Source: a virus. From it: a DNA stretch of 64,000 bases. The stretch spans positions 1 to 64,000 of IMG/VR virus record IMGVR_UViG_3300036398_001591; one strand, written 5' to 3'. The position numbers and the translations under genes were made by a program. This document shows, one piece after another, positions 54,338 through 64,000 of this stretch (the first letter of the stretch is position 1; each line of letters begins with the position of its first letter). The notes under the pieces are model-generated. The model saw only the letters and a program-made list of their open reading frames with translations, was not told where the DNA came from and made no database searches.

Positions 54338-55113
54338 TAGTTCAAATAGAACTCGACTGGTAGTTCGTATTTAGATTGCATTTCGAGTTCCAAATTCTTG
54401 ATTTCTTCTTCCGACTCCTCATAAATTTTATCACCGTTCAGTACAACGCCTCCAGGAAGTTGAACACCGGCAAACTTTTTAAGATTGTTGCCCCAGTTAC
54501 GCTTAATAAGTGCTGTTGCATATTCTTTTAGCCAACGATCATTCCACACAGATGCGTATTGAGAAGAATCAATCATTGCATATGATTCGGCAATCACCAC
54601 ATCTCCGGCTTTGACGGCTGAACCCCAACCCCAATCACAAAAGAGTTTATTCATGTGTCGTTGAAAACGAATAGGCACTTCACCCGTAAACAATATCTCA
54701 AGTGAACGAAGATGTTGCATCGTAAGTGTGTAATTCACGTAGGATGCAGAAGTGAAGTCGTATAATTCATTCAGACGAAGTTGATAACGGAGGTCAAACA
54801 TATTGTTTGTGTTAATCGAATCTGAAATTGGAAATACACGTGTAACACCAACAATGTTTACTGCATTGTTACCTGTATCTCTTGTGACACTTGGTGACAT
54901 ATTGATATATTTGTTTGCTATGTCTGTGGCATCAAGACGTTTGATATAATATACCTTTTGAAGTGCATCAAAATGATAGTCTTGCCAGTATTGAAATGCA
55001 TCATCAATTCGATCTTCTACCTGGTCATCATCAACGTTAATTTCAATAGTTGGAAATCCAAGTCTACGTAGGCAATATTCTTTGAATGTTTGTCTATTTG
55101 TTACGGCCGGCAT
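54337..55113 (-). CDS. 13: Neck protein (gp13)
   Basis: YCLRRLG.P.IEINV, WLKEYATALIK, LPGGVVLNG. Confidence 0.95.
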   Translation of the reverse strand: MPAVTNRQTFKEYCLRRLGFPTIEINVDDDQVEDRIDDAFQYWQDYHFDALQKVYYIKRLDATDIANKYINMSPSVTRDTGNNAVNIVGVTRVFPISDSINTNNMFDLRYQLRLNELYDFTSASYVNYTLTMQHLRSLEILFTGEVPIRFQRHMNKLFCDWGWGSAVKAGDVVIAESYAMIDSSQYASVWNDRWLKEYATALIKRNWGNNLKKFAGVQLPGGVVLNGDKIYEESEEEIKNLELEMQSKYELPVEFYLN

Positions 55114-55169
55114 ATTTCTCTCGAAAAAAGTGTTACTGGTATATTTATGCCTCCATAAATTAACTTAGT

Positions 55170-55385
55170 TCATTCAATCACAGCAGTGTTATTGATAATT
55201 TTCATGTTTCCTACACAGCAAATATTGCGTTTTTCCACGCCATTTTCATAAGTAACCTCATCAAAAACAGGCACCTTTATGTTCAAGTTTCTGACGAGTA
55301 TCTCATTTCCATTTTCAAAGACTCTCCAATATAGTTCAGAACTACCGTGTTTGGTATTGAATCTTATATGGTAACGGTTTTTCAC
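55170..55385 (-). CDS. Hypothetical protein
   Basis: 71 aa, IRFNT...WRVFENG. Confidence 0.6.
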   Translation of the reverse strand: MKNRYHIRFNTKHGSSELYWRVFENGNEILVRNLNIKVPVFDEVTYENGVEKRNICCVGNMKIINNTAVIE

Positions 55386-56173
55386 TTCAACCCCATTCCC
55401 TTACGAATTTTGGTTGCTGAGATTGAATGTGTTGCGTCATCAAAAACTTCTTGCTCAATCTTATAACCAACATCTCGGCCGTAGGTTATATTAACGATGT
55501 TTGGAACGATTTGAATCTCATATTGACCTTGATATAACATATCTAGGTCACGTTTGATGAAACCCTTTACCTGTTCAATAGCAAATGGATTGCTTCCTTG
55601 CCACCCTTGACAGTCGCGTATTTGAATAACAACTTGACCCGTTTTAGCAATAGAACGTTCAAACAATTTACGGTGTCCTTCATGCCATGGTTGCCAACGA
55701 CCTAGCATTTGTACTGTCTCTTTTTGCCAATCAAAAACTGGTCTACGCCGATTGTCATATATATGTGCGGCAATGAACTCACCCCATTTTTCACCGTGCT
55801 GTTCTGTGATTCTAAAATCATATACTTCAGGAGGAATGAAGGCTTTGTTAGTGTCTTCAAAACGACCTTTGTCAATGGTGTCAACCCAAACAGTCCAATC
55901 TGCTTTAAAGTTGTTACGCATCTCAACTAAAGGTGCAACAAAGTCACATATAACATAATCATACTCTGTCATTGAATCTGCAAGTTCTCGCATACGATGA
56001 CTTTGACGGATCCGACCTTCGTGGCTAAAGTCCCAATCATTGTATTTTTTACGAACATCGTCAGCGTTGAGCCAACCCACTTTTTTCTTTTCGTTTTGTA
56101 AATGTTCTAGTATGTGTTGTGCTAGATAAGTTTTGCCTGCACCAGGTAAACCCATAATTAAAATCTTTTTCAT
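55382..56173 (-). CDS. Adenylylsulfate kinase-like domain fused to a nucleotidyltransferase-like domain
   Basis: MGLPGAGKT, NADDVR; then GRWQPWHEGH ... ISATKIR. Confidence 0.82.
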   Translation of the reverse strand: MKKILIMGLPGAGKTYLAQHILEHLQNEKKKVGWLNADDVRKKYNDWDFSHEGRIRQSHRMRELADSMTEYDYVICDFVAPLVEMRNNFKADWTVWVDTIDKGRFEDTNKAFIPPEVYDFRITEQHGEKWGEFIAAHIYDNRRRPVFDWQKETVQMLGRWQPWHEGHRKLFERSIAKTGQVVIQIRDCQGWQGSNPFAIEQVKGFIKRDLDMLYQGQYEIQIVPNIVNITYGRDVGYKIEQEVFDDATHSISATKIRKGMGLK

Positions 56174-56185
56174 ATCATTTCCTTA

Positions 56186-56992
56186 TTAAATTAACTCAAT
56201 CGAATCCCATCTTTTTACCCAATCTATGTAGGGTTCCTTTTCTCTATTTCCTTGCATGTGTAGTCCGACACTTTCAAACGGTATAAGTCCTAAAACCTTT
56301 TCGTCAACTAGAATTTTATTTAAAGAAATATTTTCCAGATCGCCTTTGTTGTGTAGACCGTTCACCTGATCTATACTCATAAAGTATTCAATCCAATGCC
56401 AGTTTTTTTGCAACTGTTTTCTGTGTGTCATAAAGGTGCAAGATATATCATAGTTTTGCATCCAATATTGTTTTTTGCCTGGGTATATTAACCTAGGTGT
56501 TGACCTCAACTTATATTGTTCTTTCCAATGTGCCGGCGTATTAAAACAATAAATTAATGGTAAATGGTTTGTTTCTGCGTAAAAATCCAAAAAGACTTCG
56601 ATCATTTGATATATGCCATCTTCAACGTACAAATAATCATCTTGAACCAAATATACTAAATCACCCTCAGTTTCTTTCAACCATTCAAAACAATATTCTA
56701 TTGATTCAATCATAGAACCACTATTCAGTTTTTTTAATTCAATGTTGACATTTTCACTGTTAAATTTTTTAATAGCTCTTTCAATTAAATCGAGTGTTTC
56801 TTCTGTTGAGCCATTATCCACAACATGTATGTTATGTTGTATACCTAAATTTTCACTTGCCGCATTTTTTATTGAATTAAAAAAAGAACTTACACATTTG
56901 TGAAAAAGTTCCTTTTTATTGTTTGTGGAATACCTATCTAAACAAGAGTTGGATGACCTATCATACGTCTGTAAAGCATAATTTATTATCAT
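56186..56992 (-). CDS. GT2-like glycosyltransferase
   Basis: VVDNGST, YLVQDDY. Confidence 0.7.
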   Translation of the reverse strand: MIINYALQTYDRSSNSCLDRYSTNNKKELFHKCVSSFFNSIKNAASENLGIQHNIHVVDNGSTEETLDLIERAIKKFNSENVNIELKKLNSGSMIESIEYCFEWLKETEGDLVYLVQDDYLYVEDGIYQMIEVFLDFYAETNHLPLIYCFNTPAHWKEQYKLRSTPRLIYPGKKQYWMQNYDISCTFMTHRKQLQKNWHWIEYFMSIDQVNGLHNKGDLENISLNKILVDEKVLGLIPFESVGLHMQGNREKEPYIDWVKRWDSIELI

Positions 56993-57001
56993 AATATTTT
57001 T

Positions 57002-57739
57002 TTATTGTGGTTTACATAATAAATTATTTCCAATTGTTTCATACCCATAATCAAAAGCATCTAAAAATTTTTTAAGATCTTCAATAATAGATTTTCTATT
57101 ATCGGAATGTTCTATGAAAATTACTGGAAAATTTTTCTTTATTGTTTTTGAAGCACCAATTAAAACATCCAAATCCATACCCTCAACATCTATTTTCAAT
57201 AGATGTATTTTTGGTATGTTATAGTATTCTACAAACCAATCTAGTGTGTTGATTTGAACAACAATCTTATTGTCGGTTCTCTGTGTAATAACATCTTCAA
57301 CTAAACTAAATGTTCCAAAATCATTCTTTTCGAAATAATTTGGTTCTTCAAACTCGACCTTAGTGTTTTCTTTACCAAGGCCTATATTATATGTATATAC
57401 GTTGTAGAGGTTATTGATGGCGGCATTACCAGATAACATCTGAAACACTTGTCTCTGGGGCTCAAAAGAGTATACTTTTCCTTTCGGAAATGCTTTCGCC
57501 ATCCAAGTTGTAAATGTTCCTATATTAGCACCAATATCAAATATCACTGGCTCAGAAAATTCTTTTATTGATTGATAGCAATTATATGCTTCTATAGTTG
57601 AGGTATTTCCGTGGTCTAACAACCATTGCCCATGTCCCACTTGTTCTTGATTACAATCAAAACGATTCACAATCATTAAACCGTGGTCGCAACTCAATAA
57701 AACATTACGGTGAACCTTATCACCTATATTAAAGACCAT
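57002..57739 (-). CDS. FkbM-family methyltransferase
   Basis: DIGANIG, FEP, KIDVEG. Confidence 0.92.
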   Translation of the reverse strand: MVFNIGDKVHRNVLLSCDHGLMIVNRFDCNQEQVGHGQWLLDHGNTSTIEAYNCYQSIKEFSEPVIFDIGANIGTFTTWMAKAFPKGKVYSFEPQRQVFQMLSGNAAINNLYNVYTYNIGLGKENTKVEFEEPNYFEKNDFGTFSLVEDVITQRTDNKIVVQINTLDWFVEYYNIPKIHLLKIDVEGMDLDVLIGASKTIKKNFPVIFIEHSDNRKSIIEDLKKFLDAFDYGYETIGNNLLCKPQ

Positions 57740-57740
57740 T

Positions 57741-58343
57741 TTATTCTTTCAATTTTACAAATGCAGTTTGAAAAGAATCTGGTAAATGTATAAGTTCTAT
57801 TTTGTGCCAGTGTGACTGTATAAACATTTCAATACCCATTCTGGGTGAAAGTTGTACTGGAGCACTACCGTGTTCATCAACAAGTTTCCAACCTATTGAA
57901 TCATCACAGAGCATAACTCCACCGACAGGCAATAATCTCCAAGACAAAATCATATCTTCCAACACGGCGGCAGATGTATGGTCACCATCGACAAAAATAA
58001 ATTCTGCTTTTTCTTTGGCAACAATCAATTCTGCCAACGCTTCGTAACTATATTTGTTGATGTATGTAACATTACCCACACATTTACTTAAATTATATTC
58101 AAAAGTTCTTTTGATTGTTTCAAAATCAAAAGCATGATTATCATTTAGTGTTGTGTGTGGGTCGATAGCGTATATTTTAAACTTGTCATTATGAATTTTA
58201 CCAAATTCTGAGGCCCAAAAGGTGGTTATACCCTCAAAACAACCAATTTCTATCATTTTATTTGGAACACCATATTTTTCAAATAGAAATTTAATATTGG
58301 TTTGTGTTCTTTCTCTACCCATATCAACTGTAGAAATGTACAT
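57741..58343 (-). CDS. Class I SAM methyltransferase (Methyltransf_24-like)
   Basis: EIGCFEG, FVDGDH, LPVGGVMLCDD. Confidence 0.88.
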   Translation of the reverse strand: MYISTVDMGRERTQTNIKFLFEKYGVPNKMIEIGCFEGITTFWASEFGKIHNDKFKIYAIDPHTTLNDNHAFDFETIKRTFEYNLSKCVGNVTYINKYSYEALAELIVAKEKAEFIFVDGDHTSAAVLEDMILSWRLLPVGGVMLCDDSIGWKLVDEHGSAPVQLSPRMGIEMFIQSHWHKIELIHLPDSFQTAFVKLKE

Positions 58344-58344
58344 A

Positions 58345-58953
58345 TCAACTATTCCTCTTAGCCCAATCTTCAAATCTTCCTGGTTTATGCACTCTGATAA
58401 AGATGTTAATGCTCTCTGCAACGTTTGCCATTGTATTTAAATTAATATCCATTTGTCTCGGTGCAAGCATACCATCTTGTTGTTGTTGCAACCAATAACT
58501 AACCATATTGTATGTCGTATCGTAAACTTCAAGATCAACGCCGTGATATAAACCGAATGTGCTGTCACTTAATTTTTTTGCAATAGATTCAAAGTTTACT
58601 TTTTGGTCAAACATTTTGAATGTTTTTGCAGACAATGGCCTGACATGAGTGTAATCATCCCAATATAAATCACATCGGTGGTGTGGTACATTTATAAACC
58701 ATTCTGCACCATCTTTGCTAACTCTATACATTTCTTTGATGATGTTAGTAAAAACTTTTGGATCTTGACCAAGATGTTCTAGAACATTATCAGCAGTAAT
58801 CTTATCAAAGAAGTTATCTTCATATGGCCAAGGTGTAACTTCAAAATCCAAAACTTCATCTGGATTACATTTTGATTCTACGTCTACGTTCCAATGGTCG
58901 TTTAATTTTTTAAATCCACAACCCATATTTAATTTTGTGTGTTCAGGTGTCAT
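58345..58953 (-). CDS. Class I SAM methyltransferase (type 11-like)
   Basis: LNMGCG, VLEHL, EMYRV, DYTHVR. Confidence 0.85.
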   Translation of the reverse strand: MTPEHTKLNMGCGFKKLNDHWNVDVESKCNPDEVLDFEVTPWPYEDNFFDKITADNVLEHLGQDPKVFTNIIKEMYRVSKDGAEWFINVPHHRCDLYWDDYTHVRPLSAKTFKMFDQKVNFESIAKKLSDSTFGLYHGVDLEVYDTTYNMVSYWLQQQQDGMLAPRQMDINLNTMANVAESINIFIRVHKPGRFEDWAKRNS

Positions 58954-58962
58954 AATATTTCC

Positions 58963-59763
58963 TTAAATCCAGGCATCCCAAAAAATCTCACGGTTGTACT
59001 GGTCATACAAATCCAATCCAAGATATTCGACACAGTTAACTGTTGTTTTTTCAAGTGAGGACTTCACAGTATGCAAGTTAGGCAAACCTATTGCAAGATC
59101 ATTGTACTTTTCGATTTGCTCTATTTTGGTGTAGTCGTGTTTGAATTCTGGTAATTCAAAAAAGTCATAGATTCTTTTTGTTTGACTTTTTGGACTATTA
59201 CAGAAACGATTATAGTCAATGAACAGGAATCTATCAAGGTATCCCATAGTAATAGCATCTTTAAGATTTCTATGACTTAAACCCATTGCACCATCTGGTC
59301 CGGCATAGTAGTATGCTCTTGATGCAATGTTAGAACCTTCTCGCAAATGTGCATCGACATTAGTAAAAAATAATGGATTATCTTTACGCATTCTTTCGAA
59401 TGAAGTTAAAATCTCTGCTGGATTCCTAACACAAATTACCATCTTTACTTGTTTTTGTAAGACAGCTTCCAGTTGACCAATCAGTGGAACCCAACCTCTA
59501 TCTTTATCAAATACAATCGGCTTGTCGATGTGTGAATAGTACCCATCAAGAACGCCGTTTAAGACACCAAGTTTTGCTTGATCGTTTCGGTATTCTTTAT
59601 TAGCTTCGATACTACTCCAACTAGCATTGATTGATCCAAAAATGGATGCTAAAGAACTTACAGATTCTCCGTGAATCTTTGGGTTTTGTTTAAGTATATT
59701 TGTTATAAGGGTTGATCCTGATCTAGGTAACCCAGAAATAAAATATAAATTGTCTTTTTTCAT
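58963..59763 (-). CDS. Sulfotransferase
   Basis: 5'-PSB SGLPRSGSTL; 3'-PB VRNPAEILTS. Confidence 0.9.
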   Translation of the reverse strand: MKKDNLYFISGLPRSGSTLITNILKQNPKIHGESVSSLASIFGSINASWSSIEANKEYRNDQAKLGVLNGVLDGYYSHIDKPIVFDKDRGWVPLIGQLEAVLQKQVKMVICVRNPAEILTSFERMRKDNPLFFTNVDAHLREGSNIASRAYYYAGPDGAMGLSHRNLKDAITMGYLDRFLFIDYNRFCNSPKSQTKRIYDFFELPEFKHDYTKIEQIEKYNDLAIGLPNLHTVKSSLEKTTVNCVEYLGLDLYDQYNREIFWDAWI

Positions 59764-59801
59764 TTTCACTCCAATAAAAAATTATGTATGAATTATATAT
59801 G

Positions 59802-60857
59802 TTACTCTTTAATTGCTTCTTCTGTTGGTTTAGGAAAAAGTTTTGTTAATTCGGCAGAAACTTCTTCAAAAGTGTCTTCCCATTTTCCAAATTTTTGCTG
59901 CCTAAAAACCCTTGTCGTATCTTCATACCATGGACTATGTTCACCGCCATGGGCCCAAACGTGATATGGTAAAAGTGGAACAATAACCCAAGTTGGTTTA
60001 CCCATAGCAGAAGCAATGTGTGCGATGCTTGTACATGAAGTAATAACCAAATCCAAATTCTGAATACAAGCTACAGTATCTTCCCAAGATATAATCAAGT
60101 GTTGCAGATCGGAAACCTCATCAGGTAATTCTCTCAAGTCGGTGTCTCTCTGTAAACTATAGAACTGTATATGTTCATTATTTTTATATAGGTTGATTAA
60201 TTTTTCTGCTGGGAATACGCGAAACTGTTGGTGTTCAAAAAGTGGGCTGCCACTCCAACGAATACCAATTTTTATTTGCTTTTTGGTATTTAAAATTGAT
60301 TTCCAAATGTCAATACTTTCATTTTTAGGAAAAATGTATGGCTGACTAGGCAACGTTTCAAACGTATGACCAAATAACCAACTACAGCTAAATCCAGGAA
60401 TCCAATAGTCGTGAAAAGTGGAACTTACTTCATCGAGTGTTATGCACTTTTGAGTGCCGGGAACTCTATTGAATATGGGATGTAGTGATTTTTCACAACA
60501 AAGAATTGCTATACCACCTCTTTTCCAAACTTCAGTGGCAAATCTGGCATAGATGATTTGATCTCCAAAACCACACTCCATATTAAGTATGACTGTTTTT
60601 CCGGTTAAATCATCTTGGCCATTCCAAATAGGTTTACTTGTGTTGAGTTTGCCTGAACCGTATACTTTAAGTCCTCTGCCATATTCAAGGCATTGAAAGC
60701 CTTCTTGCAATTTACCTTGATTAATTAAAAACCAACCTCGGTTAAATTTTGCTCTCGGATCTGTAGGATCATTTGCTTCCATTTGCTCTGCAAGTTTCCA
60801 GCCTTCTGCAAACCTGCCACGTATCATCAAATTCAGTTGTTGATCTATCAAATGCAT
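59802..60857 (-). CDS. TPR plus GT9-like glycosyltransferase
   Basis: ECGFGDQI..ARF, IGIRWSG, LDLVITSCTSIAHIASAMGKPTW, SPWY. Confidence 0.85.
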   Translation of the reverse strand: MHLIDQQLNLMIRGRFAEGWKLAEQMEANDPTDPRAKFNRGWFLINQGKLQEGFQCLEYGRGLKVYGSGKLNTSKPIWNGQDDLTGKTVILNMECGFGDQIIYARFATEVWKRGGIAILCCEKSLHPIFNRVPGTQKCITLDEVSSTFHDYWIPGFSCSWLFGHTFETLPSQPYIFPKNESIDIWKSILNTKKQIKIGIRWSGSPLFEHQQFRVFPAEKLINLYKNNEHIQFYSLQRDTDLRELPDEVSDLQHLIISWEDTVACIQNLDLVITSCTSIAHIASAMGKPTWVIVPLLPYHVWAHGGEHSPWYEDTTRVFRQQKFGKWEDTFEEVSAELTKLFPKPTEEAIKE

Positions 60858-60888
60858 TATAAAACTCCATTACTATTAAGTAAAATAT

Positions 60889-63800
60889 TTATCCTTTTAA
60901 AACTGCTGTTGTGTGAGTTCCACCAGCCGATACTGCGGTCCATGAACTGGAACCAATTTGCACCGGAGAAGATCTGGAGGTAGTTGTTCCATCACCCAAT
61001 CGACCTTGATAGTTTTGGCCCCAAGTGAATAACGTACCACCAGACCTAATTGCGGCAGTGTGAGCATTACCGGCCGCCACCACAGTCCATGAACTGGAAC
61101 CAATTTGAACTGGAGAAGATTTGTTGACTGTTGTTCCATCACCTAATCGACCATAATTTCCACTACCCCATGTGAACAAACGTCCATCTGATCTAATTGC
61201 GGCAGTATGGGAGTCGCCAATTGATACTGCGGTCCATGAACTGGAACCAATTTGAACTGGAGAAGATTTGACGACTGTTGTTCCATCACCTAATTGACCT
61301 AAAGTGTTTCTACCCCAAATGAATAATAATCCATCAGATCTGATTGCGGCAACGTGTCTACCTATGAAGCCACTATTCACTGCGGTCCATGAACTGGAAC
61401 CAATTTGCACTGGAGAAGATTTGGCGACTGTTGTTCCATCACCTAATTGACCATAAGTTCCATTACCCCATGTGAACAAATATCCATCAGATCTAATTGC
61501 GGCTGTGCTATTTTGTCCAGCCGATACTGCGGTCCATGAACTGGAACCAATTTGAACTGGAGAAGATCTGTCGCTTGTTGTTCCATCGCCTAATCGACCA
61601 CTATTTCCAGCACCCCATGCAAATAATAATCCATCAGATCTGATTGCGACAGCGTGAGTTGCACCAGCCGCCAGCGCAGTCCATGAACTGGAACCAATTT
61701 GAACTGGAGAAGATCTGTCGATCGTTGTTCCATCGCCTAATCGACCATAAAAGTTTCTACCCCAAGTGAATAATCTTCCATCAGATCTAATTGCAATGCT
61801 GTGTTGCTCGCCATTACCTACTGCCGTCCATGAACTAGATCCTGATTGTCGTGGAGAAAATTCCGATGATGGTATAATGATATTGCCACCAACTAACGTT
61901 AATGTGTTGACGGCTGTAAAAGTGGTTATACCAATACCTGCTTGTCCCGCCGAGTTGGTCCCGATTGCATATAAACGATTATTCGCCGCAATCACATTTG
62001 TGTGTGAACTAGACGATACCGCAGTCCATGAACTGGAACCAATTTGAACTGGAGATGAAGAACCTGCCAAACCGCCGCTACCCCATCCAAATAATTTACC
62101 ATCAGAATTAATTGCGGCAACGTTCGATTCACCAGTCGATACCGCAGTCCATGAACTGGAACCAATTTGAACTGGAGAAGATCTAGCGGATGCTCGTGTT
62201 CCGTCACCTAATTGTCCTGTGACATTACTGAAACCAAAATTGCTACCCCATGTGAACAAGTATCCATCAGATCTGATTGCTGTCATAAATTGGTCGCCAG
62301 CCGAGACCGCAGTCCATGAACTGGAACCAATTTGAATCGGTGAGGACCTGTCAAACAAAATACCTTGGCCACCCACTACGATGGGTGATGCCTCAGTAAA
62401 ACTGACAGGAGAAGTTCTTGAATTGCCTAGAGTACCATATGGGTTTGTACCCCAAATGAATAATATTCCATCAGATCTGATTGCCGAAGTGTGAGTAAAA
62501 GAACTTGCGGGCACCGCAGTCCAAGAACTGGAACCAATTTGTACCGGAGAAGATCTGGAGGTAGTTGTTCCGTCACCTAATTGAGAGTTAATGTTTCTAC
62601 CCCAAGAAAATAACTTACCATCGGATCTAATCGCCAAACTGACTTGGCCATTACTGGTCGATACCGCAGTCCATGAACTGGAACCAATTTGCACTGGAGA
62701 AGATCTGTTGAGTGTCGATGAATTACCTAATTGACCTTGTTGACCAAGACCCCAACTGAATAATATTCCATCAGATCTAATTGCAAGATTGGTGTAGCCG
62801 ATTTGATTTGATACCGCAGTCCATGAACTGGAACCAATTTGAACTGGAGAAGATTTGGCGACTGTTGTTCCATCACCTAATTGACCTTGGGCTCCGGCAC
62901 CCCAAGTGAATAATAATCCATCAGATCTGATTGCGACATTGAATGCCGCACCAGCCTGCACCGCAGTCCATGAACTGGAACCAATTTGCACTGGAGAAGA
63001 TTTGGCGACTGTTGTTCCATCGCCTAATGTGCCGGTAGTTCCTATACCCCATGTGAATAATAATCCATCAGATCTGATTGCGGCAGTGTGAGCTTGACCG
63101 GCCGCTACCGCAGTCCATGAACTGGAACCAATTTGAACTGGAGAAGATTTGTTGACTGTTGTTCCATCACCTAATCTACCATTTGTTCCAGCACCCCAAG
63201 CAAACAAACGTCCATCTGATCTAATTGCGGCAGTGTGTGAATTACTAGCCGATACTGCGGTCCATGAACTGGAACCAATTTGCACCGGAGAAGATCTGGA
63301 GGTAGTTGTTCCATCACCCAATCGACCTTGATAGTTTCTACCCCAAGTGAATAATAATCCATCAGATCTGATTGCGGCAGTGTGAGTTGCACCAGTCGAT
63401 ACCGCAGTCCAACTAAATATAGTTGATGCGGGTCCTTCAGCTTCAGTGGTAAGTTGGCCAAAAAAATTGCTACCCCATGCAAATAATAATCCATCAGACC
63501 TAATTGCGGCAGTATTCAAAAAGCCGCCAATATCCACCGCAGTCCATGAACTGGAACCAATTTGTACTGGAGAAGATTTGGAGACTGTTGTTCCATCACC
63601 TAATTGACCTGAAGTGTTTCTACCCCAAAGAAATAATAATCCATCAGACCTAATTGCGGCCGTATTGACGCCGCCAGCCGATACTGCGGTCCATGAACTG
63701 GAACCAATTTGTACTGGAGAAGATTTGCCAATAGTTGTGTTATCGCCTAATTGACCATAGTTGTTTCTACCCCAAAGAAATAATCTTCCATCAGATCTAA

Positions 63801-63999
63801 TTGCAGCCGAAAGATAAGTACCTGCCGATACTGCGGTCCATGAACTGGAACCAATTTGTACTGGAGAGGCTATAAATGGAAGTGTGCTACCCTCACCTAA
63901 TTGGCCTAGGTTGTTTCTACCCCAAGTGAATAATAATCCATCAGATCTAATTGCGACAGTGTGTGAATTTCCACCCGCAACCTTTGTCCAATTATAAAC
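60889..63999 (-). CDS. Large RCC1/BLIP-II repeat beta-propeller protein, 5' end beyond the window
   Basis: About 50-aa repeats HTAAIRSDG.LF.WG....G.LGDGTT...SSPVQIGSSSWTAV; the frame stays open past 63537 to the window edge. Confidence 0.92.
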   Translation of the reverse strand, partial: VYNWTKVAGGNSHTVAIRSDGLLFTWGRNNLGQLGEGSTLPFIASPVQIGSSSWTAVSAGTYLSAAIRSDGRLFLWGRNNYGQLGDNTTIGKSSPVQIGSSSWTAVSAGGVNTAAIRSDGLLFLWGRNTSGQLGDGTTVSKSSPVQIGSSSWTAVDIGGFLNTAAIRSDGLLFAWGSNFFGQLTTEAEGPASTIFSWTAVSTGATHTAAIRSDGLLFTWGRNYQGRLGDGTTTSRSSPVQIGSSSWTAVSASNSHTAAIRSDGRLFAWGAGTNGRLGDGTTVNKSSPVQIGSSSWTAVAAGQAHTAAIRSDGLLFTWGIGTTGTLGDGTTVAKSSPVQIGSSSWTAVQAGAAFNVAIRSDGLLFTWGAGAQGQLGDGTTVAKSSPVQIGSSSWTAVSNQIGYTNLAIRSDGILFSWGLGQQGQLGNSSTLNRSSPVQIGSSSWTAVSTSNGQVSLAIRSDGKLFSWGRNINSQLGDGTTTSRSSPVQIGSSSWTAVPASSFTHTSAIRSDGILFIWGTNPYGTLGNSRTSPVSFTEASPIVVGGQGILFDRSSPIQIGSSSWTAVSAGDQFMTAIRSDGYLFTWGSNFGFSNVTGQLGDGTRASARSSPVQIGSSSWTAVSTGESNVAAINSDGKLFGWGSGGLAGSSSPVQIGSSSWTAVSSSSHTNVIAANNRLYAIGTNSAGQAGIGITTFTAVNTLTLVGGNIIIPSSEFSPRQSGSSSWTAVGNGEQHSIAIRSDGRLFTWGRNFYGRLGDGTTIDRSSPVQIGSSSWTALAAGATHAVAIRSDGLLFAWGAGNSGRLGDGTTSDRSSPVQIGSSSWTAVSAGQNSTAAIRSDGYLFTWGNGTYGQLGDGTTVAKSSPVQIGSSSWTAVNSGFIGRHVAAIRSDGLLFIWGRNTLGQLGDGTTVVKSSPVQIGSSSWTAVSIGDSHTAAIRSDGRLFTWGSGNYGRLGDGTTVNKSSPVQIGSSSWTVVAAGNAHTAAIRSGGTLFTWGQNYQGRLGDGTTTSRSSPVQIGSSSWTAVSAGGTHTTAVLKG

Positions 64000-64000
64000 A

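Noticed and set aside
63535-63537. ORF-track start of the RCC1 protein
   Set aside because: It is an internal GTG; the frame and repeats continue to the window edge
60889-63999. Diversity-generating retroelement target/template pair
   Set aside because: Repeats are in-frame coding tandem units, differences are not evidently adenine-restricted, and no reverse transcriptase is in the window
1-64000. Stop-codon reassignment suggested by the large tRNA set
   Set aside because: Core genes are full length in code 11 and no CTA, TTA or TCA suppressor anticodon was found

Overview
64 kb of a large T4-like (Tevenvirinae-related, cyanophage/pelagimyophage-style) myovirus genome, almost entirely on the minus strand, standard genetic code. 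It holds the core replication and recombination genes (gp41 partial, uvsX, gp43, regA, gp62/44/45, gp46/47, gp55, uvsW, uvsY) and the head, tail and packaging block (gp3, gp23-gp13). Accessory content: (i) a single plus-strand island, csgF-csgG-curlin-FecR-CHASE2 adenylate cyclase; (ii) an array of 28 tRNA genes plus one degenerate tRNA-like gene, covering all 20 amino acids, several with odd structures; (iii) ADP-heptose genes, stress genes, and a sulfation/methylation/glycosylation cluster beside a large RCC1-repeat protein. The most novel signals are non-coding and lie in the tRNA region. First, five copies of a Y-RNA-like element, two of them circularly permuted tRNA mimics, with three copies directly upstream of a Ro60-like DUF2828/vWA gene. 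Second, a leaderless 38-codon peptide containing all 20 amino acids, coupled to a terminator/antiterminator at the head of the tRNA array: a candidate attenuator sensing shortage of any tRNA. All annotation was done by eye; no database searches or folding programs were run.
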